A stretch of 64,000 nt of DNA, from positions 1 to 64,000 of the forward strand of contig DASPSR010000021.1 in NCBI GenBank assembly GCA_035623825.1. Reading direction: 5' to 3'. Under the pieces are notes generated by a model. The model saw only the letters and a list, made by a program, of their open reading frames with translations, was not told where the DNA came from and did no database searches. The translations under genes and the position numbers were made by a program. This stretch comes from Nitrospirota bacterium. Lineage in GTDB: Bacteria; Nitrospirota; UBA9217. The stretch's first letter is position 1; each line of letters starts with the position of its first letter. This document shows, piece by piece, positions 21,098-31,808 of the stretch.

Positions 21098-22180
21098 ATG
21101 AACGTTATCATTGCAGGCGGAGGCACGGGAGGCCATCTGTATCCGGGGATTGCCATAGCCCGTGAAATCCTCAGCGAGGGCAGAAACGAGGTTCTTTTTG
21201 TGGGAACGGAGCAGGGGATCGAAGCCAGAGTCCTTGCGAAAGAAGGGCTGCCGGTGCGCTTCATTACCGCAGGAAAGCTGAAAGGCATGAAGCTCATGTC
21301 GGCGATAAAGACGGTGTTGACCCTGCCGCGAAGCATCTATCAGTCACTCCGCTTGCTGAAAGAGATCCGGCCTGATGTGGTGATCGGCGTGGGCGGCTAT
21401 TCCTCGGGGCCGCTGGGGATGGCGGCGCTGGGCCTCGGAGTGCCTCTCCTCATTGTTGAACCGAACTCCTATGCGGGCCTTGCGAACAGAAAGCTGGGAA
21501 AGCTCGCAGATAAAGTAGTTCTGTGCTTCCCGGGCTCGAACAGGATGGGCTTTTTCCAGCATCAGAAGACCGTCAGCATGGGGCCGCTCGTCAGAAAAGG
21601 GATAGAGCACGGGGACAGGGACGCGGCGCTTCGAGACTACGGACTTGATCCGGACAGGTATCTGGTCTTCGTAATGGGGGGGAGCGGAGGCGCGCACGCC
21701 ATCAACATGGCCATGAAGGAGGCAACCCGCTATCTTCGGGACGTACCGGGCATCCAGATCCTTCACCAGACTGGTGAAAAAGACGCGGCTGAAGTGGCCG
21801 TCGGATACCGGGACTCGGGGATGCGGGCCGCAGTCGTCCCGTATATCTATGATATGGCCGGGGCGTATGCCGCGGCGGATCTCGTGGTCTCGCGCTCCGG
21901 CGCAACCACGGTGGCGGAGCTCGCGGTCTGCGGAAAGCGCGCGGTGCTGATACCTTTTCCCTTTGCGGCTGACAATCACCAGGAGTATAACGCGCGGGCG
22001 CTGGAAGCCCTCGGTGCAGCCGAGGTGCTCATTCAGAAAGACTTGAGGCCTGAACTACTGTCAGGACTGATAAAGAAATATGCCGAGCAGGGGCGCGGCG
22101 CACCAGCAGTTGACCGTATGGAGAACAGGGCGGCCGAGGATATTGTAGGGATTTGTAAAAGCTATGTTCAAAAAAATTAA
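21098..22180 (+). CDS. murG: Lipid II GlcNAc transferase
   Basis: [44 protein letters not shown]; start set at ATG 21098. Confidence 0.96.
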   Translation: MNVIIAGGGTGGHLYPGIAIAREILSEGRNEVLFVGTEQGIEARVLAKEGLPVRFITAGKLKGMKLMSAIKTVLTLPRSIYQSLRLLKEIRPDVVIGVGGYSSGPLGMAALGLGVPLLIVEPNSYAGLANRKLGKLADKVVLCFPGSNRMGFFQHQKTVSMGPLVRKGIEHGDRDAALRDYGLDPDRYLVFVMGGSGGAHAINMAMKEATRYLRDVPGIQILHQTGEKDAAEVAVGYRDSGMRAAVVPYIYDMAGAYAAADLVVSRSGATTVAELAVCGKRAVLIPFPFAADNHQEYNARALEALGAAEVLIQKDLRPELLSGLIKKYAEQGRGAPAVDRMENRAAEDIVGICKSYVQKN

Positions 22181-23552
22181 GCACATCCATTTTGTAGGCA
22201 TCGGTGGCATCGGCATGAGCGGTATCGCCGAAGTACTTTTGAATCTCGACTACCGTGTCTCGGGCTCGGACATAAAGGAGTCTGATATCACCGAGCGTCT
22301 GAGAAAATTGGGCGGGGAGATATACATCGGCCACCGCTCCGAAAACATCACCACACCGCACGTAGTGGTGATCTCATCGGCTGTCACAAGAGACAATGTA
22401 GAAGTGGTGGCAGCTCGGGAGAAGCAGATACCGGTGATCCCGCGAGCAGAGATGCTCGCCGAGCTCATGCGGCTCAAGTACGGAGTTGCCATTGCCGGAG
22501 CCCACGGCAAGACGACGACAACCTCCATGGTCTCAACAGTCCTCGCTGCGGGGGGGATCGATCCCACGGTCGTTATCGGCGGCAAGCTCAACAGCCTCGG
22601 TACGAACGCCAAGCTCGGCCAGGGAGATTTCCTCGTGGCCGAGGCAGACGAAAGCGACGGGAGCTTTCTCAAGCTCACGCCGACCATAGCCGTGGTCACG
22701 ACCATTGATGCCGAACACCTTGATTACTACAAGGACATTGCCGAGATCAAGGACGCCTTTCTCGCGTTCATTAACAAGATTCCCTTCTACGGCGTCTCGG
22801 TCTTGTGTCTAGACCAGCCTCACATTCAGGCGCTTATCCCATCGGTGCAGAAGCGGTACCGGACCTACGGAATGAGTTCGCAAGCCGATTACCAGGCCAA
22901 AGAAGTATCGCTTAAGCCTCTTGGATCGCGGTTCAAGGTACTCCATCACAACCAGGACCTCGGATGGTTCGAGCTGTCCGTGCCGGGCGTACATAACATC
23001 AATAACAGCCTCGCGGCCATTGCTGTCGCCCGAGAGCTGGACATCGATCTCGAAATCATCAGGAAAGCACTCAGGGATTTCAGCGGTGTACAGCGGAGAT
23101 TCCAGATCAAGGGAGAAGTCAACGGGGTAATTGTGGTAGACGACTACGGCCATCATCCCACGGAGGTGAAGGCTACGCTCGCAGCGGCCGCATCAGGCCA
23201 AGAACGCAGGGTAGTGGTCGTGTTCCAACCGCACCGGTACACACGAACGCAGCATCTGTTCGAGGAATTTCTTACCGCTTTCAACCAGGCGGACAAACTG
23301 GTAGTCATGGACATCTATGCCGCAGGGGAAACGCCTATCCCCGGTGTGTCGGGTCAGGCGCTCTACGAGGGGATCAAAAAATACGGGCATAAGGATGTAA
23401 TCTATATCCCCGACAAGGAAAAGGTAGTGGGCCATATGCTTGAAGTGCTCAGGAAGGGGGACCTCATGATCACGCTTGGCGCCGGCGACGTGTGGAAAAT
23501 CGGAGAGCAGGTTGTAGAGAAACTAAAATTCGCCCAGAGGACGCACCGCTAA
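22164..23552 (+). CDS. murC: UDP-MurNAc:L-Ala ligase
   Basis: [47 protein letters not shown]. Confidence 0.98.
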   Translation: MFKKIKHIHFVGIGGIGMSGIAEVLLNLDYRVSGSDIKESDITERLRKLGGEIYIGHRSENITTPHVVVISSAVTRDNVEVVAAREKQIPVIPRAEMLAELMRLKYGVAIAGAHGKTTTTSMVSTVLAAGGIDPTVVIGGKLNSLGTNAKLGQGDFLVAEADESDGSFLKLTPTIAVVTTIDAEHLDYYKDIAEIKDAFLAFINKIPFYGVSVLCLDQPHIQALIPSVQKRYRTYGMSSQADYQAKEVSLKPLGSRFKVLHHNQDLGWFELSVPGVHNINNSLAAIAVARELDIDLEIIRKALRDFSGVQRRFQIKGEVNGVIVVDDYGHHPTEVKATLAAAASGQERRVVVVFQPHRYTRTQHLFEEFLTAFNQADKLVVMDIYAAGETPIPGVSGQALYEGIKKYGHKDVIYIPDKEKVVGHMLEVLRKGDLMITLGAGDVWKIGEQVVEKLKFAQRTHR

Positions 23553-23582
23553 AGGCCAGTAGCAAAGAATCTATTCCTCTAC

Positions 23583-24503
23583 ATGGATAAAATCATGGAG
23601 ATTGCAAACATTAAAGGTGAGGTCAGGCAGAACGAACCCTTGAGCAGGCACACTTCATTCGGCATCGGGGGGCCGGCCGATTTTCTGGCGTATCCAGCAG
23701 ACCGGGATGATCTCATGGCTCTCTTGTCCAGTATCATAAAGCAGGGAGCGAATTATATTGTCATCGGTGGCGGCACGAACCTTCTCGTGCGCGACGGCGG
23801 CTTCCGCGGCGTCGTGATCTGCCTTCAGAGGTTGAACACAATCAGAATCGAGAGGGAGTACCGCTCAGTAGGGGGTTCATTCTCCGTGGTCTATATCGAA
23901 GCGGGAGCGCTTCTTGCCAAGCTGCTCAGCTTTGCGGCGGAACAGGGTCTCACCGGGCTTGAATTTGCAGCGGGCATTCCGGGGACTGTCGGCGGCGCGA
24001 TCTGCATGAACGCAGGGACAGCTGCCGGAGAGATTGGAGATGTCGTAGACTCCGTTACGCTGATTTCTCCTAACGGGATATTTGTTACCCGGGGCAGGGA
24101 GGAGATCGGCTTCGGCTATCGTACCTCTAACATACCAGCCGGACACGTTGTTTATGATACAAAAATCATCCTGCGTCGCGGTGACCGGGAGAGAATAAAG
24201 GCACGGGTGATGGAAATGCAGGAAACGAGGAAGCAGCGCCAGCCGTGGGGATTTCCGAGCGCAGGCTCGGTTTTCAAAAACCCGCAGGAACAGGCTGCAG
24301 GGAAACTCATCGAAGAGGCAAATCTCAAGGGGAAGAAGGTCGGAGATGCACAGATATCGGACAAACATGCGAACTTCATAGTGAACCTGGGCAATGCGAA
24401 GGCCAAGGACGTGGTGGCGCTCATGGAAATCGTGAAGCAGACAGTGCTTGATGTGCACGGCGTGAGGCTCGAACCGGAAATAAAAATAATAGGAGAAGAT
24501 TAG
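23583..24503 (+). CDS. murB: UDP-N-acetylenolpyruvoylglucosamine reductase
   Basis: HTSFGIGGPA, GGGTNLLV.D, GIPGTVGGA..MNAG, SAGSVFKNP, HANFIVN, LEPE. Confidence 0.97.
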   Translation: MDKIMEIANIKGEVRQNEPLSRHTSFGIGGPADFLAYPADRDDLMALLSSIIKQGANYIVIGGGTNLLVRDGGFRGVVICLQRLNTIRIEREYRSVGGSFSVVYIEAGALLAKLLSFAAEQGLTGLEFAAGIPGTVGGAICMNAGTAAGEIGDVVDSVTLISPNGIFVTRGREEIGFGYRTSNIPAGHVVYDTKIILRRGDRERIKARVMEMQETRKQRQPWGFPSAGSVFKNPQEQAAGKLIEEANLKGKKVGDAQISDKHANFIVNLGNAKAKDVVALMEIVKQTVLDVHGVRLEPEIKIIGED

Positions 24504-24540
24504 CGGGGTTAGAAGGAATTTACATTTGTAATTTCATATC

Positions 24541-25467
24541 ATGACTTTGGTTACAAATAAGAAAATCGGCGTTCTTCTGGGCGGGCTGTCGTCCGAGCGA
24601 GAGGTATCCCTTGCCAGCGGGGCAGCCATACTTAAGGCGCTCAGGGAAAAGGGCTACAATGCAGTGGCCATCGATGTCGGCAGGGACGTGTCTGAGAAGA
24701 TCCATGATAGCTGCATCGAAGTCGCGTTCATTGCATTGCACGGCAGGTTCGGTGAAGACGGGGCCATCCAGGGGGTGCTCGAGGTCATGGGGATCCCGTA
24801 TACAGGCTCTGGCATTCTCGCGAGCGCTCTGGGCATGAACAAGACTGTAGCGAAACAGGTATTCAGGTCTCAGGGACTTCTGGTCGGTCCCTACGAGGTC
24901 ATCTATTCAGGTGAAGCGGGAAAGGCAATGACGGTTCTTGAACAGCTTCAGTTCCCCGCTGTGGTCAAGCCCCATGCCGAGGGGTCGAGCGTGGGTGTAA
25001 GTCTTGTTTTTAAGCAAGAGGACGTGGCGCCGGCGGTTGCACTAGCCTTTAAATACGGAGGCGAGATCCTGATCGAAAAATTCATTAAAGGCAAGGAAGT
25101 CCAAGTCGGTATACTCGGCAATGCGGCGCTCGGTGCAATCGAGATCGTCCCTAAGAGGGCGTTCTACGATTATACGGCAAAATATGAAAAAGGGATGTCC
25201 GACCACTTCTTCCCGGCCAGAATTCCCGATGCGGCATATAAGCGGACGCTTGACGCGGGCTTGGCGGCACACCGTGCGATTGGCTGCCGGGGGTACAGCA
25301 GGGTCGACTTTATCGTTGATGAAGCCGGCAGGCCCTATATCCTCGAAGTAAACACCCTGCCAGGCATGACCGCCACGAGCCTGCTGCCGGAGATCGCGAA
25401 GGGTGTGGGGATATCGTTCCCTGATCTGGTGGAAGAGATACTGAGGCTGGCCCTCATGGAGCAGTAA
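24541..25467 (+). CDS. ddl: D-Ala-D-Ala ligase
   Basis: GG.SSEREVSL.SG, LHGRFGEDG, EGSSVG, FYDYTAKY, LEVNTLPGMT. Confidence 0.97.
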   Translation: MTLVTNKKIGVLLGGLSSEREVSLASGAAILKALREKGYNAVAIDVGRDVSEKIHDSCIEVAFIALHGRFGEDGAIQGVLEVMGIPYTGSGILASALGMNKTVAKQVFRSQGLLVGPYEVIYSGEAGKAMTVLEQLQFPAVVKPHAEGSSVGVSLVFKQEDVAPAVALAFKYGGEILIEKFIKGKEVQVGILGNAALGAIEIVPKRAFYDYTAKYEKGMSDHFFPARIPDAAYKRTLDAGLAAHRAIGCRGYSRVDFIVDEAGRPYILEVNTLPGMTATSLLPEIAKGVGISFPDLVEEILRLALMEQ

Positions 25468-25534
25468 CGAGCAAAGAGATAGCGGGGGCCGGGGATCAAG
25501 GGAACGAGGGTTAAAACCTTTCAACGAGTGACGC

Positions 25535-26422
25535 GTGAGAGATTATAAGAGCGTAAAAGTACCTAGGAGATATCGCGCCGCGGCTGCCCGTTCTGCACCA
25601 ACACGACGGATCACGATGAGCCGTGGCCCCAAAAAGGGTACTTTAAAACTTGGTAGTACCGTTGTTAAGGTCTTGATCGTGGCGGTGATTTTTTCGGGCT
25701 GTTATTTGGGCTGGCTGGCATACACTTGGGTTATCCGGTCCGAGGCCTTTCAAATAGCCGGCGTGGATGTCACCGGCGTAAAGCATTTGAGTGAGGGCGA
25801 GCTCAAGAACATCGCCGGATTTTTTACCGGACAGAACATCTTCCGCGTGAACCTTGGGGATGCCGTCCGCCGTGCGCGTGCGAACTCTTGGGTAAAGGAA
25901 GTGCGGATCTACCGTAGGTTGCCGAACAGAGTCAGCATGGTCGTGAACGAACGGATACCCGCGGTCATTCTTGATACTGGCACGGGACGATACCTCGTCG
26001 ACGGCGAGACAGTGGTCATTGATCGGTTGACAAATGAAAGCGCCTCTCCATGGCCCCTTCCGACTGTAGTGATAAAAGACTATAGGCCTCGGACCGGGGA
26101 TCAGGTAGCCACCGAAGGCATGAACGAGGCTCTAACGCTCATCGCGGAGCTCTCGGCCAGAGGCGGGTGGAAGCTTTCCGATATCACGATCGAGGCAAAC
26201 TCGCCAGATGCGCTGACCGTGCTATATGCGGATCATGAATTTAAGATTGGCAGCGGGAACTACGGGGAGAAGCTCCGCAGGCTTACCGAGATCATGGAGG
26301 ACGTGAAGCAGCGCGGCCTGAACATTGCCTATGTTGATCTTCGTCCCGAGCGCCAGGCCGCGGTAATGGTTGTGACTGACAAGGGCAGGGGTCGGGGGGC
26401 AAGGGCCAAAGGGAGACCGTGA
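25535..26422 (+). CDS. ftsQ: Cell division protein FtsQ/DivIB
   Basis: Basic N-tail, TM helix, POTRA (WVKEV.I.RRLPN.V...V.ER.P), C-terminal YVDLR. Confidence 0.9.
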   Translation: MRDYKSVKVPRRYRAAAARSAPTRRITMSRGPKKGTLKLGSTVVKVLIVAVIFSGCYLGWLAYTWVIRSEAFQIAGVDVTGVKHLSEGELKNIAGFFTGQNIFRVNLGDAVRRARANSWVKEVRIYRRLPNRVSMVVNERIPAVILDTGTGRYLVDGETVVIDRLTNESASPWPLPTVVIKDYRPRTGDQVATEGMNEALTLIAELSARGGWKLSDITIEANSPDALTVLYADHEFKIGSGNYGEKLRRLTEIMEDVKQRGLNIAYVDLRPERQAAVMVVTDKGRGRGARAKGRP

Positions 26423-26524
26423 GGCGAGCGGGACCGATTCAACATCAAATGATCAAACAAAACATGTGGCTTTCTTTTTGAATTCTTATGAAACAATGCG
26501 GCACATAGCCAGGGAGATTGTGCT

Positions 26525-26662
26525 ATGGTCTGGGTTCTGTGTGCAATATCGTTTTTCGCTGGTTGTACTGTTACAATATTTTTCTTGTCCTGTTTCGCGA
26601 TAGCCCAGCAGGCAGATGAACAGAGCGAGAGGACATATTATGTCTTGACAGAGAAAATGTAG
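26525..26662 (+). CDS. Unannotated 45-aa single-pass membrane micro-protein
   Basis: Manual translation MVWVLCAISFFAGCTVTIFFLSCFAIAQQADEQSERTYYVLTEKM*; SD GGGAG 8 nt upstream; same strand as dcw. Confidence 0.55.
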   Translation: MVWVLCAISFFAGCTVTIFFLSCFAIAQQADEQSERTYYVLTEKM

Positions 26663-26864
26663 CTCAATGAAACTCAGCAAGGAATATCCTTAAACTTTGT
26701 TTTGCATAGCCTGTTTTCCTGTTCCGATTGTGAGGGTTCTGGATCCCGATATTTCATGTTTCATTTGTTTCTTAGATTAGACAAAGCTCGAACGCAATAG
26801 TGTATTCGGAGCCTTGAGTTTGCAATTGCTTGAACTTTGATATTGTTTAAAACGGGGGTGTAGC

Positions 26865-28085
26865 GTGGTAAAGAAACCGGATAATGTGCTCGTAGGGTTG
26901 GACCTGGGAACAACCAAGGTCTGCGCTATCGTGGGCGAGGTCAAGGATGGAGGACAGGTCGACATCATCGGGATTGGCATCAGCCCCTCGCACGGCCTGA
27001 AGAAAGGCGTGGTCGTCAACATCGACAGCACGGTGGAGTCCATCAAGAAGGCCGTCCAGGAGGCCGAGCTCATGGCCGGCGTGGAGATCAACTCCGTGTA
27101 TGTCGGGATCTCCGGCAGTCATATCAAGGGCATCAACTCTCGCGGAGTCGTGGCTATAAAGAACAAAGAAGTGGGGCCTTCTGACATAGCACGCGTGATC
27201 GATGCGGCCCGAGCAGTGAATATCCCCATGGACCAGCAAGTTCTTCATGTCCTGCCTCAGGAGTTCATCATCGACGAGCAGGACGGGATCAAGGACCCTC
27301 TTGGCATGTTCGGCGTACGCCTCGAAGCCAAGGTACACATCATTACCGGCGCGCTCACCTCGATCCAGAATATCGTCAAAAGCTGTTCGCGCGCCGGTCT
27401 CCACGTGAACGATCTCGTGCTGCAACCCCTTGCGTCGAGCCGAGCCGTGCTTACTGCCGAGGAGCAGAGCCTGGGCGTGGTGGTCGTGGACATCGGCGGC
27501 GGCACCACAGACGTCGCGCTCTTCCTCGAAGGCAGCCTGTGGTACACGGAGGTCCTCCCTATCGGGGGGAACCACCTCACGAACGATATCGCGATTGGTC
27601 TCCGTACGCCGGCCTCGGAGGCCGAAAAGATCAAAATTAAGTATGGGTGTGCGCTTTCGTCGCTCGTCAAGCATGAAGAGACTCTTGATGTGCCGAGCGT
27701 GGGCGGCAGACCGCCGCGCCTTCTTTCGCGCCAGATCCTTTCGGAGATCATCGAGCCACGTGTCGAGGAACTCTTCAGCATGGTCCAGCAGCGACTCAAA
27801 AAGACGGGTTTCGAGGACATGTTCGCCTCGGGAATAGTGCTCACCGGCGGTGTAGCGCTCATGGAAGGGGTACAGGAGGCAGCCGAGCATTTCCTCGGAC
27901 TGCCCATTCGACGCGGCACCCCGCGGAACATCGGCGGCCTCATGGACGTGGTCAACAGTCCGATATACGCAACGGGTGTGGGGCTTGTGCTCTACGGTGC
28001 CGAAAACCAGCAAGAGTCGCCGAGGAAATTCAAGGGCAGCGGTATGGTTAATCGGTTTTGGAAGTGGCTGGGGGAGTACATATGA
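26865..28085 (+). CDS. ftsA: Cell division protein FtsA
   Basis: GLDLGTTKV, GLKKGVVVNI, DIGGGTTD, AEKIKIKYG, VLTGG, C-terminal amphipathic helix RFWKWLGEYI. Confidence 0.98.
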   Translation: MVKKPDNVLVGLDLGTTKVCAIVGEVKDGGQVDIIGIGISPSHGLKKGVVVNIDSTVESIKKAVQEAELMAGVEINSVYVGISGSHIKGINSRGVVAIKNKEVGPSDIARVIDAARAVNIPMDQQVLHVLPQEFIIDEQDGIKDPLGMFGVRLEAKVHIITGALTSIQNIVKSCSRAGLHVNDLVLQPLASSRAVLTAEEQSLGVVVVDIGGGTTDVALFLEGSLWYTEVLPIGGNHLTNDIAIGLRTPASEAEKIKIKYGCALSSLVKHEETLDVPSVGGRPPRLLSRQILSEIIEPRVEELFSMVQQRLKKTGFEDMFASGIVLTGGVALMEGVQEAAEHFLGLPIRRGTPRNIGGLMDVVNSPIYATGVGLVLYGAENQQESPRKFKGSGMVNRFWKWLGEYI

Positions 28086-28285
28086 ATCAGAGCGACAGTC
28101 ATGGCCTAAAAAAGCGGGGCACACGAGGCTTGAGGGTAAAGAAAGAAGACCGAGAGGAGATGACGATGGACGACAATATCGAAATGAGATTTCAGGACGT
28201 CATGGAATTTGCCGCTGAGGTCGAAAGAAATTCAGCAAAAGATCCGTGCGCATTCGGAGAACAGGGAGAGAGGAGGACGGACGGG

Positions 28286-29404
28286 ATGTTCCAGTTTGAA
28301 GAAGAGAGGCAGCCTGCCGTCATAAAAGTAATTGGTATTGGCGGTGGCGGTAGCAATGCTGTAAGCACTATGGCTCAGTCCGACATCAGAGGAGTGCAAT
28401 TCATTGTAGCGAATACCGATATGCAGGCGCTCGAACTCAGCCGGGCACCCATCAAGATCCAGATCGGCTCCAAGATAACAAACGGCAGGGGAGCGGGGGC
28501 GAACCCGGAGATAGGCAGGTCAGCGGCGCTCGAGGATGCGGATAAACTCAAATCCGTGATGGAGGGCGCCGACATGGTCTTCATCACCGCTGGAATGGGC
28601 GGCGGCACCGGCACCGGCGCCGCACCGGTTATAGCCAACCTCGCCCGTGAGGTCGGTGCTCTCGCGGTCGGAGTGGTCACGAAGCCTTTCACCTTCGAGG
28701 GCATGATACGGATGCACAAAGCGGAAGAAGGTATTGCCGAGCTCAAGAAAAACGTGGATGCGCTCATCGTAATCCCGAACGAGCGTCTGCTGAATCTGGC
28801 GGAGAAAAAGACCACCCTTCTCGATTCTTTCAAGCTCGCTGACGATGTGCTCAGCCAGGCAGTGAAGGGTATCTCGGATGTCGTGATGGTCCCGGGATAC
28901 GTGAACGTGGACTTTGCGGACATCAAGACCGTCATGGCGAGCCGGGGGAGGGCGGTCATGGGCACCGGCATCGGCAAGGGCGAGAACAGGGCCATGGAGG
29001 CAGCGCAGAAAGCGATCGCGAGCCCCCTCCTCGAAGACGGCTCCATCAAAGGTGCGCGCGCCGTGCTCATCAACATTACTGGCGGGAATGACATGGGGAT
29101 CTACGAGCTGAATGAGGCTTCCGCCATTATCAAGGAAGAGGTGGACCTTGGCGCGAACATCATTTTCGGGGCGGTGATCAATCCGGTGATGAGCGAGGAG
29201 GTCATGGTCACGGTGATAGCGACCGGATTTGACGAAGAAGGCATCCGAGAGCTCGTAAAGCGCCCGGTGAGCCTCAAGGAGTACCGGGCGGTTCTAGAAA
29301 AACCGAAACGCAAACAGGAGTCATTCGATTTCAAGAACGAAGCTTTAGGTATCGATAACGAGGACCTGGACAAACCCACGTTCCTTAGACGGCAGGCGGA
29401 TTGA
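28286..29404 (+). CDS. ftsZ: Cell division protein FtsZ
   Basis: IKVIGIGGGGSNAV, GAGANPEIG, GGGTGTG tubulin signature, NVDFAD, C-terminal DKPTFLRRQAD; SD AGGAGG at 28271. Confidence 0.98.
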   Translation: MFQFEEERQPAVIKVIGIGGGGSNAVSTMAQSDIRGVQFIVANTDMQALELSRAPIKIQIGSKITNGRGAGANPEIGRSAALEDADKLKSVMEGADMVFITAGMGGGTGTGAAPVIANLAREVGALAVGVVTKPFTFEGMIRMHKAEEGIAELKKNVDALIVIPNERLLNLAEKKTTLLDSFKLADDVLSQAVKGISDVVMVPGYVNVDFADIKTVMASRGRAVMGTGIGKGENRAMEAAQKAIASPLLEDGSIKGARAVLINITGGNDMGIYELNEASAIIKEEVDLGANIIFGAVINPVMSEEVMVTVIATGFDEEGIRELVKRPVSLKEYRAVLEKPKRKQESFDFKNEALGIDNEDLDKPTFLRRQAD

Positions 29405-29422
29405 GAGCAACAAGCTGCGCAG

Positions 29423-29839
29423 ATGAAGAGCTATCGAAAAGAACTGTGGTTTGAGGTGAAGACTCGAAGGGCTTTTATCAACATCACTCAGAACGTAGAG
29501 GAATGTATCAGAGAGAGTGCCATTAGAGAGGGGCTCGCTCTCGTCAATGCCATGCATATCACAGCCTCGGTTTTCATCAATGATGACGAATCAGGACTAC
29601 ATCATGATTTTGACGTCTGGCTCGAGGCCCTCGCTCCCCATGAGCCGGTTTCCCAATATAGTCACAATGACGGCGAGGACAATGCCGATGCCCATCTCAA
29701 GAGGCAGATCATGGGCCGGGAAGTCGTGGTCGCTGTTACGGACGGAAAACTGGATTTTGGCCCCTGGGAACAAATTTTTTACGGCGAGTTCGACGGTAGA
29801 CGGAGAAAGAGGGTTTTAATAAAGATCATCGGTGAGTGA
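29423..29839 (+). CDS. yjbQ: YjbQ/UPF0047 family protein
   Basis: [37 protein letters not shown]. Confidence 0.9.
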   Translation: MKSYRKELWFEVKTRRAFINITQNVEECIRESAIREGLALVNAMHITASVFINDDESGLHHDFDVWLEALAPHEPVSQYSHNDGEDNADAHLKRQIMGREVVVAVTDGKLDFGPWEQIFYGEFDGRRRKRVLIKIIGE

Positions 29840-29900
29840 CGACAAGCACCACCTGCCTTAGAAAGCCTTTACGGACAAATAGCTAGAGCATGAGAATCGA

Positions 29901-30656
29901 TCATATTTTCTGGATCTTCGCTGCTCTTTCCATCTGATGCAAAATTCCCCTCAATATGCTGACATCCCTGCTGTCCAGTCTTGCCCTTCCGAACAGCTGC
30001 CGCAAAGAATTCATCATATGCTCCGGATGTGCTCTATCGATGAACCCGATGACCTGAAGAGTGTTCCGTAAGTGCTTGTAGAAGTCTTCGAGTTCTCTGG
30101 AAGGGGCGAGGGTGCGATCGGAAACCGGGACTTTTACCCGCGCCGCGAGGAAAAGCTCGTAGGCAACGACCATGACGGCGTGTGAAACGTTCAGCGAAGG
30201 GAAGGCGCTTGACGACGGTATGGATATGAGCTCGTGGCACAGCGAAATGTCGTCGTTGTCTAGGCCGTTCACCTCGTTTCCGAATACGATCGCGACCCTG
30301 TTTCCGCCAAGAAGGGAGATCAGCTTTTCCGCAATTTCTGCCGGCGCACTGACGTTCTTTCTTCGGCGGGTCCTGTGCCGCGACGAGCCAACCACCAGAC
30401 CGAAGTCCGATACAGCATCTGAGAGTGTGGAAAACATTCGAGCATTCTCAAGAATACGGTGCGCTCCGGCGGCGAGCTTCAGAGCCTGACCGTTTCGGTC
30501 AGCGGGGGGCCTCACGAGCACGAGGTTGGAGAGCCCCATGTTCATCATGCACCGGGCCACAGCGCCGATATTGCCGGGCGTTTTGGTGTCCACGAGAACG
30601 ACATTGACATTGTCGAGGGGTGAAGGCGAAAACATAGAGTTGAGATGCCACTTCAA
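29901..30656 (-). CDS. trmJ: tRNA 2'-O-methyltransferase, TrmJ/LasT (SPOUT) family
   Basis: VVLV....PGNIGAVAR.M.NMG, AIVFGNE..GL, PSLNVSHAV.V..YEL, ILRGIL. Confidence 0.88.
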   Translation of the reverse strand: MKWHLNSMFSPSPLDNVNVVLVDTKTPGNIGAVARCMMNMGLSNLVLVRPPADRNGQALKLAAGAHRILENARMFSTLSDAVSDFGLVVGSSRHRTRRRKNVSAPAEIAEKLISLLGGNRVAIVFGNEVNGLDNDDISLCHELISIPSSSAFPSLNVSHAVMVVAYELFLAARVKVPVSDRTLAPSRELEDFYKHLRNTLQVIGFIDRAHPEHMMNSLRQLFGRARLDSRDVSILRGILHQMERAAKIQKI

Positions 30657-30930
30657 AAAAACGATGAAGGTCAGTTCTCAGGCATCATGTGGCATGCATT
30701 ATACCGTATGAGAGCACAGCCCTCAAGAACAATCTGGGACATTACAGCTGGAAAATTCTTCAGAAAAGACCCTCAATGCGTCCGATCAAGTGAGCGGGTT
30801 GGAGCTAAGATCCATGCTCGTGACGAGACTCAGCACCACGGCGTTGGATCCGCGTTCTGCGCCATACGCGGTGTTCGGAGCACGTTTTGTATTCCGGTTG
30901 ACAATCTTCTGAAGGACTGATAGAGTACCT

Positions 30931-31713
30931 ATGACCATGAGCATGATCGCGATATCACTACAGTCGGGCAGCAACGGCAACTGTATTTATGTTGAGACAG
31001 GCAGCGTGAAGCTCCTGTTCGATGCTGGCATTAGCGGTGTGCAGGCGGCTGAACGGCTCGCTGCTCACGGCCGGGACATCCGGGAGATAGACGCAGTGAT
31101 CATCTCCCACGACCACGGCGATCACATTCGACATGCCGGAGTGATTCACAGGAAGTTCGGCCTGCCGATCTACATCACGCCGGCGACGCTTGCCGCCGCC
31201 TCTTCGCGGTGCACGCTCGGAAAACTGCAGGATGTGCGACACTTCCGGTCCAGTGGCAATCTCCGATTTGGCGACGTGCTCGTACAGGCTATCCCCACGC
31301 CGCACGACGGCGCAGACGGAGCGGCATTCATCGTCTGCTCGGGCCCCAAGCGGCTCGGCATCATGACCGACCTCGGGCACGTATTCAAGGATCTTGTCCA
31401 CATCGTTTCATCACTGGACGCCGTGTTCCTCGAAAGCAATTACGATCCGGACATGCTCGCAGCCGGGCCATATCCTTCCTATCTCAAAAAGCGCATCAAG
31501 GGCCCCCGGGGCCACCTTTCGAATATCGAGGCCGCTGAGATCTTGCGCCGCGCTTCCGAAGCGAAACGGCTCAAGTGGGCATGCCTGTCGCACCTGTCGG
31601 AGCAGAATAACCATCCCGATGTTGCCCTTGGAACACACCGCAGGCTTGGCGCCGAGAATATCACCCTCTATACCGCCGATCGCCATGCAGTTTCGGATAT
31701 TTTCACGATATGA
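30931..31713 (+). CDS. MBL-fold metallo-hydrolase (YycJ/WalJ-like)
   Basis: SLQSGSNGN, DAG, SHDHGDH, PHD, TDLG, LESNYD, GHLSN, HLS..NN. Confidence 0.9.
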   Translation: MTMSMIAISLQSGSNGNCIYVETGSVKLLFDAGISGVQAAERLAAHGRDIREIDAVIISHDHGDHIRHAGVIHRKFGLPIYITPATLAAASSRCTLGKLQDVRHFRSSGNLRFGDVLVQAIPTPHDGADGAAFIVCSGPKRLGIMTDLGHVFKDLVHIVSSLDAVFLESNYDPDMLAAGPYPSYLKKRIKGPRGHLSNIEAAEILRRASEAKRLKWACLSHLSEQNNHPDVALGTHRRLGAENITLYTADRHAVSDIFTI

Positions 31714-31808
31714 AGCGTAATAGATGCATTCTGTTCTGAATATGGACTTGATTTCGCCAACATCTTGTTTAGTTCCGTATGGTGTATCTTATTCTACAAG
31801 GATCGAAC

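Noticed and set aside
26847-28124. 425-aa antisense ORF over ftsA
   Set aside because: Antisense shadow of a highly biased gene; no recognisable domain.
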